Source of the DNA: Bacteriovoracia bacterium
Lineage (GTDB): Bacteria; Bdellovibrionota; UBA1018; JBFWNL01
Direction of reading: 5' to 3'
DNA length: 64,000 nt
Assembly (NCBI GenBank): GCA_050251055.1
Contig: JBFWNL010000002.1
Location: forward strand, 1-64,000
Below the pieces are notes generated by a model, which had not been told where the DNA came from, ran no database searches, and saw only the letters and a program-made list of their open reading frames with translations. Position 1 is the stretch's first letter, and each line of letters begins with the position of its first letter. The position numbers were made by a program, and so were the translations under genes. This document shows, piece by piece, positions 37,893 to 50,209 of the stretch.

Positions 37893-39647
37893 CTACAACT
37901 CCAGCTTTTTCAGGTTTTGCACGTACCGGTGCGTGCGGATCTGTGGGTCCCCGGGCAGCGGCGTGTCGGCCAAAACCTTCGCTACGATCGCCTTGGCCTC
38001 GTCCCGCTTGGAGGTTTCCACGAGGACTTTTGCCAAAAGCTCGGTCGCCCGCAGGCGATTGTCGCCGTAAGAAAGCGCGTGCGCTTTACGGGCGAGCGGT
38101 TCCGCGGCCTTGAAATCCTTTTCCCGGCGCAAGAGCGAGGCGTGCGCGTAGAAGAAAGTAAACTCATCCGGATAGGTTTGCTCCAGGCGCGCGTACAACG
38201 CCTCCGCCTCCGCCCGCTTCCCGGATTCGGCAAGACAATAGGCCCGCTCCAGATTGAATCCTCGCTCAACATCCGCCGAAAGCCCATGCTGGGCCATCTT
38301 CTTTTCGTATTCTAAGGCCGCCGCGGCATAGGCGGTTTTAGCCGCGGACTTGTCTCCTTTTTGCTTGTACGCGCTCGCCTGAATTTGCAGCACATCGGCG
38401 CGCGTAAGCTCAATCTCGCCCGCCGCCCAATAAGCTTCGTCCTGCTTCAGAAGAAAATCTGCGGCCGTGAACAAAACCTGCAGGCCTTCCGCCTCCATCG
38501 CCGAATCCTTTTGCGCGGCTCCCAAGTCGGACAAGCTGTTTCCCCAATCCAACGTGTCTACCCCATGCGGATGAGATTGAATCGCCTCTCGCAGTGCCTT
38601 GGCCCGAGCGGAAGCTTCGGTTTCCTGGGGCATGCTCTTGATCTTCGCCGTGGTCCAACTCAGCCGATCTTGCATCGTGAGCACGGTCGATTTATGGGCG
38701 TGAGCCCGTGCGAAGCTAGCCGCGGCGGCGGTGTACTCCTCGCGATCCATTTGCACTTGCGCAAGCCTAAGGGACGCCTCGGCATCGCCGCCTTCGGACT
38801 TAGACTTGAGTTTACTGAGCGGCAATTTACGGGCGAGATATGCCGCCTCTACTTTCTTTACGAAGACCGTGCGCGAGCGGCTGCCCACGATACGCCCAAT
38901 CTCGTCGCCATCAGCGGTCGCGAACACGACGGTGGGATAGCCGCCCACCCGGTATCTTTCCTTGAGCGGCCAAGAGACGGCTTGGTCGGCGTCGAGCTTC
39001 AACTTAACGTAACCCTTCGCCTTCGCCTGGAACTCGGGGCTGCGAAACACCAGGGCATCGAGCTCGTTGCAGGGGGGGCACCAGATACCGAAGAAATCGA
39101 TCAGAAGTGGGCGTTTTTTTGCCTTAGCCTCCCGCAAGGCCGCGTCGGGCGCGTTTACGTAAAAACCGTGCTCATCCGGCTTGGCCGATGGCGAGTTAAG
39201 GGGTGGCGTGGCGGCAGCAGCGCCTATGGCCGTTTTTTCCATCTTATTTTCCGCCGGCATGATCGTGAACAACAAATCCTGGGGCATGCAAAACGTTTTG
39301 GCATCGTCGCAAATGTAGAGCTTCGCGCGTACCTGCAGATTGTACGGCTTCACCGCTCGAGGGGCCTTAAAGGGAAAAACCACTTCGCGCTCGGAGATCT
39401 CCGGCTTCTCCCCAGCCTGGAAAACGCCATCCTCGCCCGCCCACGTGAGCCGATTCGGCGCCTTCGGGTTGAAATGGTGACCCACCGCCGGCGTGAAGGT
39501 TACCTTCCAGCCGTCGCGCATGGACTTGAAGGTGCCGGTAAACTCCGGCACGGTTTTTCGAGCCGTATCCGCGCTCCAAGTGCCGGCGCTTCCCCCCAGC
39601 GCGATCAGGACCGCTCCCCCCACCCAACGTGAAATTCGCATTTTCAT
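37893..39647 (-). CDS. Secreted thioredoxin-family protein with N-terminal DsbD-like domain and C-terminal TPRs
   Basis: Signal peptide; 'YICDDAKTFC'; 'WCPPC'; 'GYPT' cis-Pro; helical TPR-like C-terminus. Confidence 0.78.
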   Translation of the reverse strand: MKMRISRWVGGAVLIALGGSAGTWSADTARKTVPEFTGTFKSMRDGWKVTFTPAVGHHFNPKAPNRLTWAGEDGVFQAGEKPEISEREVVFPFKAPRAVKPYNLQVRAKLYICDDAKTFCMPQDLLFTIMPAENKMEKTAIGAAAATPPLNSPSAKPDEHGFYVNAPDAALREAKAKKRPLLIDFFGIWCPPCNELDALVFRSPEFQAKAKGYVKLKLDADQAVSWPLKERYRVGGYPTVVFATADGDEIGRIVGSRSRTVFVKKVEAAYLARKLPLSKLKSKSEGGDAEASLRLAQVQMDREEYTAAAASFARAHAHKSTVLTMQDRLSWTTAKIKSMPQETEASARAKALREAIQSHPHGVDTLDWGNSLSDLGAAQKDSAMEAEGLQVLFTAADFLLKQDEAYWAAGEIELTRADVLQIQASAYKQKGDKSAAKTAYAAAALEYEKKMAQHGLSADVERGFNLERAYCLAESGKRAEAEALYARLEQTYPDEFTFFYAHASLLRREKDFKAAEPLARKAHALSYGDNRLRATELLAKVLVETSKRDEAKAIVAKVLADTPLPGDPQIRTHRYVQNLKKLEL

Positions 39648-39757
39648 GCGTGTTTTATATCACCGTGGGCGACGTGCCGTGAAAATAAAAGCAATACCCA
39701 ATTGAATCGGTCTCGCAGCAAAGGGGGGCTTGTCGAACAGACTTATAGGTGAGTGCG

Positions 39758-40213
39758 CTAATTCTTCTTGAGATTCAGGAGATTTTCGAGCTCGTCGGCG
39801 CTGATGGTGGGCCGGGCGCCGCCAAATGCCTTGAGCGTATTTTCGAGGCGATTGATTAAGATCTCCTGCTCTTCACCCGTTTGATCGGTCGCGTTCTCGA
39901 GCAGGAACTTCACGGTCGTAAGCGCATCCCAGAGGGAACCGACGCACTTGCGGATCTGCGGGCGCGTGGTGGCGCTCGTGCCCTTCAGCGCGATCTCTTC
40001 GCCCAATCCCGCGATCTTAGCGATATGCGGAAGATTGAGCTGGATGGCCGTCCCCCGAATGGTGAACATTTTTTCGGAAAAGATCGAAAACAGATCCAGG
40101 TTCTTCTCTTTGTTTTCCTCGATTTTCTTGAGGGTGTCCTCGGCGATGTGGGCGAAGCCGCTCAGCTCGTTAATGAACTCTCGAAGCTTCGGATCCGGTT
40201 GCATGGTCATCAT
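39758..40213 (-). CDS. HPt-like helical protein lacking the phospho-acceptor His
   Basis: ATGA overlap with cheY; 'F..E', 'MFTIRGTAIQLNL..IA..A...E' aligns to the HPt H-box. Confidence 0.6.
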   Translation of the reverse strand: MMTMQPDPKLREFINELSGFAHIAEDTLKKIEENKEKNLDLFSIFSEKMFTIRGTAIQLNLPHIAKIAGLGEEIALKGTSATTRPQIRKCVGSLWDALTTVKFLLENATDQTGEEQEILINRLENTLKAFGGARPTISADELENLLNLKKN

Positions 40214-40605
40214 GAGAGCACTCCTTTTTTCAAGATCACGGCGAAAACTTGCTTTTGAATCTGTTCCACGGTCACGGGCTTGATGAGGTATCCGTCGCAG
40301 CCGCACTCCACGGCTTGCAACACTTTCTCCCGTGTGCCTTCGGCGGTGACCATAAGGAAAGAGATGGCCTTGTAAGTAGGGTGATTGCGCACGAACTTCA
40401 GGAGTTCGAGTCCGTCGAGCGGGGTCATCTGCCAATCACTGAGGATGAGATGGAACTCTTCGGCTTCCAGCGCCTTGAGCGCCTCGAGGCCGTTTCCCAC
40501 CACGCGGATCTTCTCGAAGCCGGCCTTCTTCAGCAGCTCCTTGATCTGAACACGAATCGCGTTCACATCATCGACAATCAAAATATTGACGTCTTGAACC
40601 CGCAT
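40210..40605 (-). CDS. cheY: Single-domain response regulator, CheY-like
   Basis: 'LIVDD', 'LSDWQM', 'MVTAE', 'YLIKP' all conserved. Confidence 0.88.
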   Translation of the reverse strand: MRVQDVNILIVDDVNAIRVQIKELLKKAGFEKIRVVGNGLEALKALEAEEFHLILSDWQMTPLDGLELLKFVRNHPTYKAISFLMVTAEGTREKVLQAVECGCDGYLIKPVTVEQIQKQVFAVILKKGVLS

Positions 40606-40693
40606 CTGTCCCTCGTACCCCTAGTTTCCTAAGCTAAAATTCTAGAGGCGAAAAGCGGCGCGGACAACTGCAAATTACGCGCGGTGGGAATGA

Positions 40694-41377
40694 TTAATCA
40701 CGCTTACGCGCGACCAGGCTCGCTTTCGCTTCCGCCCCGTCGTTGGTCTCGAGATAGACCAAGATCTCGAAATCCGAAAAGAGCTTCTTAAGTTCTCCAG
40801 TTTCGAGCAAAAAGTCGCGATTCATGCTCTTGCCCGACGGATTGTTGAGCTGCTCGACCGTGTTGTTTTCGAAGACCACCACCCCGCCCTTGCGCAATCC
40901 GCGCTTAATATGCGGAACGAGACTGCGCTGAAGGTAGTCGATGTTGACGATAACGTCGTAATGCCCGGGCTTGATCGCGTAGGTGGCCAAATCGGCGTAG
41001 ATAGTATTGATCGAAACTTGGTTTTCCTTGGCTAGCCGGCGGGCTTTCCGTAATGCCACTTCCGAGATATCGACCCCGTCGACGCTAAAGCCTTTCTTGG
41101 CCAAGAACACGGCGTTACGGCCCTCACCCATCGCGATGTCAAGGGCGCGGCCAATGGGGAGTTTGCCCACGTGTACCTGCAGAAACTTCGCCGGATCCTT
41201 GCCAAACACGTATTGATGCGTGCTGAAAAGCGCATCCCAACGCGAACGAGTCTCGCTCGAATCATCCCCGGTGACTTGCTGATAATTACTCTTTCCAGGG
41301 GTTAAGGGTTCTGTCGCTCGCCGCTCCGACGAACAGCCCCAAATAGCCGTAAGTGCTAGAAAAATGACAGTTCTCAT
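40694..41377 (-). CDS. Class I SAM-dependent methyltransferase (TehB-like) with apparent lipoprotein signal
   Basis: 'ALDIAMGEGRNAVFLA..G..V.GVDIS'; N-terminus MRTVIFLALTAIWGC. Confidence 0.8.
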   Translation of the reverse strand: MRTVIFLALTAIWGCSSERRATEPLTPGKSNYQQVTGDDSSETRSRWDALFSTHQYVFGKDPAKFLQVHVGKLPIGRALDIAMGEGRNAVFLAKKGFSVDGVDISEVALRKARRLAKENQVSINTIYADLATYAIKPGHYDVIVNIDYLQRSLVPHIKRGLRKGGVVVFENNTVEQLNNPSGKSMNRDFLLETGELKKLFSDFEILVYLETNDGAEAKASLVARKRD

Positions 41378-41411
41378 TGACACAGCGGGCTGCATTTTAT
41401 AACCTGAATCC

Positions 41412-41639
41412 ATGTTTGGCATTTCCGGTTCCCATCTTATCATCTTAGGCATTGTCCTGCTGATTTTAGGGCCTCGTCGCTTGCCCGAAGTAGGTCATTC
41501 CTTAGGCAAAGCCATGAAGAATTTCAAGGACGCCTTAGCCGGAGTCGCCGAGCCTCCGTTCAAAAAGCTGGATGACACCGCGCACACGGCAGCTTCTGAA
41601 TCCGCCCCTTCCCCCAAAGATCCTCCTACGCAGGCCTAG
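41412..41639 (+). CDS. tatA: Twin-arginine translocase TatA/E subunit
   Basis: 'MFGI...HLII...LLILGPRRLPEVG.SLGKAMKNFK'. Confidence 0.9.
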   Translation: MFGISGSHLIILGIVLLILGPRRLPEVGHSLGKAMKNFKDALAGVAEPPFKKLDDTAHTAASESAPSPKDPPTQA

Positions 41640-41697
41640 TTCCGCGCACACCGAGTCCTCCCTTGCAAAAGCCCGGCGCAGCAGGCAGATTTTCAAA

Positions 41698-42165
41698 ATG
41701 GAGCCTTTTGCCCGTCAGTTCTCCGGTTATTTTGAACGCCCCGTAGCCCTGCGCGCGGCCAAGTCCCTCAGCCCCGACGCCGTCGTTGAGTTCAAGGTCG
41801 ACGACGAGAGCTTTTTCCTCACCCGTAAAGGGGGCCAGAATCAGATCGTAGAAGACCTGGAAACCTCGCCTGACCTCACTTTCACCCTGACGGCAGGGGC
41901 GGCCCAAGCCATTTTGGATTTCGAAAGCGACGACGTGGGACTCACCGGCGTAGAAATCGCCAAGATGATCGTGAGCCTGGAGCCGGGCACGCCACCCAAG
42001 AAAGTCTGGCTGAAGCTGAACGCCGGCTTCTTCACCTTATTCAGAAAAGGCTACCTAGGCGTGATCACCGCGGGGGGCGCCTCGTTCGCCCAGTTCCTGG
42101 CCGCGCGCGGGCTAGTGGGCGTGACCGCGATCAAACAAGCCATCCAGAAGATGCGGAACAAGTAG
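41698..42165 (+). CDS. SCP2 sterol-binding-like hypothetical protein
   Basis: Alpha/beta pattern with 'PDLTFTL'; start reassigned to MEPFAR. Confidence 0.5.
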   Translation: MEPFARQFSGYFERPVALRAAKSLSPDAVVEFKVDDESFFLTRKGGQNQIVEDLETSPDLTFTLTAGAAQAILDFESDDVGLTGVEIAKMIVSLEPGTPPKKVWLKLNAGFFTLFRKGYLGVITAGGASFAQFLAARGLVGVTAIKQAIQKMRNK

Positions 42166-42175
42166 GAGAACGACC

Positions 42176-42721
42176 GTGAACTACGATGACCTCAAAGACA
42201 ATAACTTCACCCACTACTTGAATCGCCACGAGATCGAGGCGGCGGTAATCAATATCGCCAACCGCCTGAACGCCGACTACAAGGACCAGCCAGTGGTGCT
42301 CGTATGCGTGCTCAAGGGCGCCATCATCTTCATGGCGGATCTGGTGCGCCATCTCACGCTCGATATTGAATGCGAGTTCGTGCGGCTTACCAGTTACGGC
42401 AAAGGACGCACATCGAGCGGTACGGTGACATTACTGAAGGATATCCAGTGCGATATCCGCGGCAAGCATGTGCTCATCATCGAGGAAATCATCGACTCTG
42501 GGCGTACTCTGAAATTCCTCTATGAGCGTCTAAAGAAGGGCGAACCCGCCTCGGTCGAAATCGTCACGCTCCTCGACAAGGCCGATAAGCGTCTCGTGGA
42601 CGTCCCGGTGAAATACGTAGGCCGCATGACTAACGACCAATTCCTGGTCGGATACGGCCTGGACCTCGAAGAGCGCTGCCGCAATCTCGCGGAAATCTAT
42701 TACCTGAAATATCCCAACTGA
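42176..42721 (+). CDS. hpt: Hypoxanthine phosphoribosyltransferase
   Basis: 'VLKGAIIFMADL', 'SYG', 'IIEEIIDSGRTL', 'LLDK', 'FLVGYGLD'. Confidence 0.95.
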   Translation: MNYDDLKDNNFTHYLNRHEIEAAVINIANRLNADYKDQPVVLVCVLKGAIIFMADLVRHLTLDIECEFVRLTSYGKGRTSSGTVTLLKDIQCDIRGKHVLIIEEIIDSGRTLKFLYERLKKGEPASVEIVTLLDKADKRLVDVPVKYVGRMTNDQFLVGYGLDLEERCRNLAEIYYLKYPN

Positions 42722-42753
42722 TCCGCGTTGCCCGGATCAAGAGTCGCGCAGAC

Positions 42754-43281
42754 TTATTTGTCGGCAGGCGACGAAGGCGCGGCCCCGGGATCCAATTCCG
42801 GCGGCGTTGGTCCACAAACCTCTTCATTTGCGACGGGAGGTTGCCAGCCCAATTCCTTCGCTAAGTCAGCCAGCGCGCGATACGTGCGCGTGATCGCGGA
42901 GCTCGATTCGTAAGCCACGATCGCCACCGGCCCGTAAGGCTGTTCGCGCAGCAGTTCAGCGGCTTCCTTCTTCATCTTCTCGAGCTGCTCTTCCATGCAT
43001 GCGTCGAACTCCTGATTCTTGCCTTCGAACGCGAACCAGTTCAGGACCTTGCCTTTGCCGGTGCGACAAACCATGCCGATACCCGACGGCACGGCTGGCT
43101 CAGGGGGGAGTTCACCGACGCGCCCGATGGTGCCGCGGGTTCCACTCGAAACTTTTTCCTTTTCCTTAGGCTCCTCTTTCGCGCGGGCCGCCGCCACGAG
43201 GATGGGATTGGGGCCCTGGGCAAACGACGCCTGGGCGCAAAGAGTGACGATTGCGATGAGCAGGATGTGGAATTTCTTCAT
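42754..43281 (-). CDS. Secreted hypothetical protein
   Basis: Signal peptide MKKFHILLIAIVTLCAQASFA. Confidence 0.65.
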   Translation of the reverse strand: MKKFHILLIAIVTLCAQASFAQGPNPILVAAARAKEEPKEKEKVSSGTRGTIGRVGELPPEPAVPSGIGMVCRTGKGKVLNWFAFEGKNQEFDACMEEQLEKMKKEAAELLREQPYGPVAIVAYESSSAITRTYRALADLAKELGWQPPVANEEVCGPTPPELDPGAAPSSPADK

Positions 43282-43447
43282 CTCAAATGCAAACCTTCCC
43301 GGGTAAATTGGACCGGGCTCGTTTTAAATGAATTGCTGCTACGTGTCAATATTGGCGGCGATTCCCAGGGGAAATCTGAGATATAAAAAAAATAAGTGAT
43401 TTCAACTCCTTAAAGCAGAATCGGATCGGATGGGATCGAAACCGACG

Positions 43448-44467
43448 CTAGAAAACGCCGTCATTAAACACCGGGTGGAGCATGAGCTGCTCCAACACCC
43501 TTCCGGCCGGCTGACCTTCGAGCACTTGGTACACGCCTTCGGTGATAGGCATGGATATCTCACGCTTGCGGGCAAACTCGCGCACGCTGTAGGTGGTCTT
43601 AACCCCTTCCGCGGTACTGCCCAGCTCGCGAAGGATCACGTCGATCGGATCTCCTTTGGCCAGCCGGAAGCCCACGCGGTAGTTGCGGCTGAGCGGACTG
43701 CTACACGTCGCCATCAGATCCCCGACCCCCGCCAACCCCAAGAAGGTCATTTGCTCCCCGCCCATCGCCAAGCCGAAGCGGACCATTTCGGCTAACCCCC
43801 GGGAAATCAACATCGCCCGCGCGTTCCAACCAAACCCCAGCGCGTCGATCGCGCCGGAAGCAATCGCGAGCACGTTCTTGAGCACGCCGGCCCACTCAAT
43901 ACCGACCACGTCCCGGCCGGGATACACACGAAACGTCGGACCATTGAAAAGCTGCTGACCTGCCTGCACCACCTCGTCGAAAGTAGAAGCCACGACGGTG
44001 GCGCCCGGTTGCCCTTGGGCCACTTCCTTAGCCAGGTTCGGTCCACTCACCACACCGATGCGGTGACAAGGCAGCTCTTCACGCAGAATCGTCGATATCC
44101 GTTTCAACGAACCCTCTTCCACACCTTTGGTCGCATGAATGATGATCTCGCGGCCATCGAATAGCGGGGCCAAGAAACGCGCTTGCTCGCGGGTGACCCG
44201 GGAGGGCAAGCCCCAGACGATGGCGTCGACTCCGCCTTCGAATATGCGTTTGGGGTCACTCACGGCCCGCAAATTTTCACGCAGCTTCAGCTCGGGTAAA
44301 TATTTGAGGTTCACTCGGTTGGCGTTGATCTCGCGGGCCTGCTCTTCGGAGCGAACCCAGAGGCGCACTTCCGAGCAATTCGCCGACGCGAGGTGGGCGA
44401 GGCAAGTGCCCCAGCTCCCGCCACCGATGACGGAGATCTTCGATTTAAGCCAAAAATCCTTGTTCAT
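43448..44467 (-). CDS. gpsA: NAD(P)H-dependent glycerol-3-phosphate dehydrogenase
   Basis: 'GGGSWGT', 'TKGVE', 'SGPNLA', 'LKNVLAI', 'GLAGVGDL..TC.S..SRN'. Confidence 0.96.
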   Translation of the reverse strand: MNKDFWLKSKISVIGGGSWGTCLAHLASANCSEVRLWVRSEEQAREINANRVNLKYLPELKLRENLRAVSDPKRIFEGGVDAIVWGLPSRVTREQARFLAPLFDGREIIIHATKGVEEGSLKRISTILREELPCHRIGVVSGPNLAKEVAQGQPGATVVASTFDEVVQAGQQLFNGPTFRVYPGRDVVGIEWAGVLKNVLAIASGAIDALGFGWNARAMLISRGLAEMVRFGLAMGGEQMTFLGLAGVGDLMATCSSPLSRNYRVGFRLAKGDPIDVILRELGSTAEGVKTTYSVREFARKREISMPITEGVYQVLEGQPAGRVLEQLMLHPVFNDGVF

Positions 44468-46220
44468 CCAATTCCCCGCGTAACCGCTTCAACCGGCGCT
44501 CGGCCGATAGCGTAAGCCCATAACCAGAAAGCCGGTTGCGATAGTAATAGAGCGTGTTCATGTCCTCGGTCCAGATCGCGTTGCCTTCGATGCGGATTAC
44601 CGCGTTGCCGTGCAGGTGGCCGATGCGCTCGGCACCGTCGTTCACCCATTTGCGCGTACCTTCCGCAGACCCGATCGCGCCACGCAGCTCCTCGCTCAAG
44701 TGTAGCTCGCCCCGATTCGCCATTTCCGCTACTCGCGCATGGAGCGCTTCCGCTTCTTTCAGGAATTCGTCGAAAGGGACCGTGCGCTGGCTTTGCGAAA
44801 GGCGAAGCAGCCGGAAAATATCCAGATCCTGGTACCGCCGACGCACGGCCGTGAAATATGCGAGCGCCAGCAGATGCGACGTCAGCACCGTATTTTCGCG
44901 GTAGTAACGATCGCTGATCATTTTACCGAGCTGGCGGGTGTACTCTTGATCACGCTGGGCATGAGGCTTGAGCTCGCCCTCGGTGGTAAGCCACTTGCGC
45001 GGATCGATGATCGTCCCATTGGGTCCGAGCGAGTTCCCCTGGGGGTCGACGGGGTTGCCGAATACGTCGAGCGGGCTGCCGATGCGAACCGTGATATTGG
45101 ACTGGCTCGCGAAATACTTCCAAAAGAAATTGATCGACTTCACGAAAGGCGGAATTTCCTCGGTATCGGATCCCAGGTAGCGATGCTGCCCGAGGTGGGC
45201 CAAGTAGTCTTCAATGAGGGAGCTCGCTTCGAGCACGAAGTGATAGCTCATCACCATCGGAACGATGTAAATATTCGGCTGCGGCTTGCCAGCTTGCAGG
45301 TTTTGGATTTGGGCGTCGAGCGCCGTCCCTAGCAACCCCAGTTTGAGTTTGCTTTCGATGGCACCGTTTCGCGAACGACCGCCGCCAGGAAAGAAAATCG
45401 AGTGGATGCCTTCCGTCAAGATACGCGTGCTGTAGTGCTTGAGCGTTGTTTTATACAGCAGGCTCGACTTCTGGCGGTCGACCGTGTAGCAGCCCAGGTT
45501 GCTCATGAAGTAGCTCAGCACCGGATTGGAAAAAAGATTCAGCCCCGCGCCGTAAGAGAACGGCGGCAACGACATGAGATAGATCACGTATCCGATGAGC
45601 ACGCTGTCAATATTGCTTTGGTGCGTGGGCACGAGCAGGATCGTGCCCTGACGGCTGAGGTTCTGCAGCACGTCCACTTGGCCCACGATACGTAAGCGAT
45701 CCGCCAGCGACTCGGTCATGCGCATGGGGTTGAATCGGCGAACGCTCGCGGCGTTGAGCATCCAGCTGAAGAACCAGGGTACGGTGCGGGTGGCGAACTC
45801 GTACACTTTGGGATCAAAATGAGCGCCAATCTCCTCGGCATAGTGGCCGGTGGCGCGCTCGAGCATTTCGCGACGATTACGTTCAGCCGGGCTCTTCAGT
45901 AAATCGCGATAAATGGAATCCCATAACCGCTTGTCGTTGCGGGCCCGGCCCCGGGTGAATAGGTTTCCCAAGCTGAGACGGCGGTTTCGCTTCAGGCGCA
46001 GGCGCTCCAAAAAAAGCGCTTCGCCCAAGAGCAGATCCAACGAACGCCCTTCGGCCAATTCCTCCGCCGTGTTCTGTACCACGTCGCGCAAGATCCCCGC
46101 ACGTTTCGGGGGAAAGGGCGTGAGCGGACCCACCACGGGCTTCACCTGATCGAACCGGACCGCGGGGTGACTACCGGTGGGGCTTAGATTCGCGGAGCTT
46201 GGTTCGCGGGGCGTGGTCAT
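44445..46220 (-). CDS. Glycerol-3-phosphate acyltransferase (PlsB-like)
   Basis: HxxxxD 'HQSNID', 'AGLNL', 'FFPGGGRSR', 'KLGLL'; upstream of gpsA. Confidence 0.8.
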   Translation of the reverse strand: MTTPREPSSANLSPTGSHPAVRFDQVKPVVGPLTPFPPKRAGILRDVVQNTAEELAEGRSLDLLLGEALFLERLRLKRNRRLSLGNLFTRGRARNDKRLWDSIYRDLLKSPAERNRREMLERATGHYAEEIGAHFDPKVYEFATRTVPWFFSWMLNAASVRRFNPMRMTESLADRLRIVGQVDVLQNLSRQGTILLVPTHQSNIDSVLIGYVIYLMSLPPFSYGAGLNLFSNPVLSYFMSNLGCYTVDRQKSSLLYKTTLKHYSTRILTEGIHSIFFPGGGRSRNGAIESKLKLGLLGTALDAQIQNLQAGKPQPNIYIVPMVMSYHFVLEASSLIEDYLAHLGQHRYLGSDTEEIPPFVKSINFFWKYFASQSNITVRIGSPLDVFGNPVDPQGNSLGPNGTIIDPRKWLTTEGELKPHAQRDQEYTRQLGKMISDRYYRENTVLTSHLLALAYFTAVRRRYQDLDIFRLLRLSQSQRTVPFDEFLKEAEALHARVAEMANRGELHLSEELRGAIGSAEGTRKWVNDGAERIGHLHGNAVIRIEGNAIWTEDMNTLYYYRNRLSGYGLTLSAERRLKRLRGELDEQGFLA

Positions 46221-46223
46221 GCC

Positions 46224-49061
<2,838 letters not shown>

Positions 49062-49121
49062 GGCTCGGAAAAACCTTAACATGGTTGGCCCGGAGGGGCA
49101 AAAGCGGATAAGAAACCCAAG

Positions 49122-49961
49122 ATGGATTTAGGCACTTTCCGGCTCTCGGTCATCATTCCCACGACGCTTCGCCGGGGCGCGCTTTCCCACATTGTCGGGA
49201 CGGTCAGCCAACAACGCCCCCCTCTACCCCGGAGGGCCATGGTTGAGCGCGCCGTCCAAAGCATCTTGAACCAGCCCGATCCCATCGGCACGGAAGTCGT
49301 GGTGGTGGAAGACGGTGAGCATCACGGGGTGGTTAACCATCTGCAAACGATCTTCAGTGGCGAAATCCTCGGCGGCCGGCTTTCCTTGAAATCGGTCGAG
49401 CGGCAAGCTAACCCGGCCCGCCTCAAAAATATCGGTGCCGCCATCGCCAAGGGCAAACTGCTGGCATTCCTGGATCCCGAAGACCAGTGGCATGCAGGAC
49501 GCCTCGAAAATCTAGATCCCCTTTTGGGAAGGCACGAGCTCATCTTGGGTTCCGACGACTCCCAGGTCAATCCGGCGAACGCCCTGGAGAAACTCTATGA
49601 GGGCAACTGGATCATTCCGGGATCGGCGATTATTCAGCGACAGCTCTTTGAGCGGCTGCGAGGTTTTCACGAAGGCAATCTCCTCACGGCAAGACTCCCC
49701 CGAAACTGGCTGGCGACTTCCGGCCACGAGCTTTGGGCGCGCGCGCTCGCGGAGCTTCAAGCCACAAAACAGACCGAGCGTCTCTGCGTGCTTTCGTCCG
49801 GAGGCGTGGTGTTCGACGAATCACCGCAAACGAACGCGCTCGTGCAATCACGGGAGTTCGCCAGTCTACTGCGAGCGGCCGGACGCCTCCCCGCCCATAC
49901 CTGGCCCCAGCTGGGGAGAAAGATTCTGGAGCGACTCAAAAGCCGGCCCGGTCGACGCTAA
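49122..49961 (+). CDS. Glycosyltransferase family 2-like protein (divergent)
   Basis: 'LSVIIPT', 'AVQSIL.Q', 'VVVVEDG', 'KNIGA..AKG', 'AFLDPED.W'. Confidence 0.7.
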   Translation: MDLGTFRLSVIIPTTLRRGALSHIVGTVSQQRPPLPRRAMVERAVQSILNQPDPIGTEVVVVEDGEHHGVVNHLQTIFSGEILGGRLSLKSVERQANPARLKNIGAAIAKGKLLAFLDPEDQWHAGRLENLDPLLGRHELILGSDDSQVNPANALEKLYEGNWIIPGSAIIQRQLFERLRGFHEGNLLTARLPRNWLATSGHELWARALAELQATKQTERLCVLSSGGVVFDESPQTNALVQSREFASLLRAAGRLPAHTWPQLGRKILERLKSRPGRR

Positions 49962-50177
49962 GCCCTCGACTTGAGAAAACTGTATCGAGGCCTGACACCC
50001 GGGTGGATTCTTATCCGGTGCGTTTCGACCTCAGCGGCGACCACCCCTTTCGACGCGCATAATTCATCGATTTCGTGAGTCGCCAATCACCCGTGTTATT
50101 CGAAGCTTATGCAAAACATCTGGCCCTCGAGGCTCAAAAAAATGCCGGGCAAAAAAAGCACGATCCCGATAGAGAGG

Positions 50178-50193
50178 TGGCATCCAGCTTGCT
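50178..50193 (+). promoter_or_regulatory. Sigma54 -24/-12 element
   Basis: TGGCAtccagcTTGCT, 16 nt before the ATG at 50210. Confidence 0.65.
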
Positions 50194-50209
50194 CTAGAGG
50201 CCACCCGGT

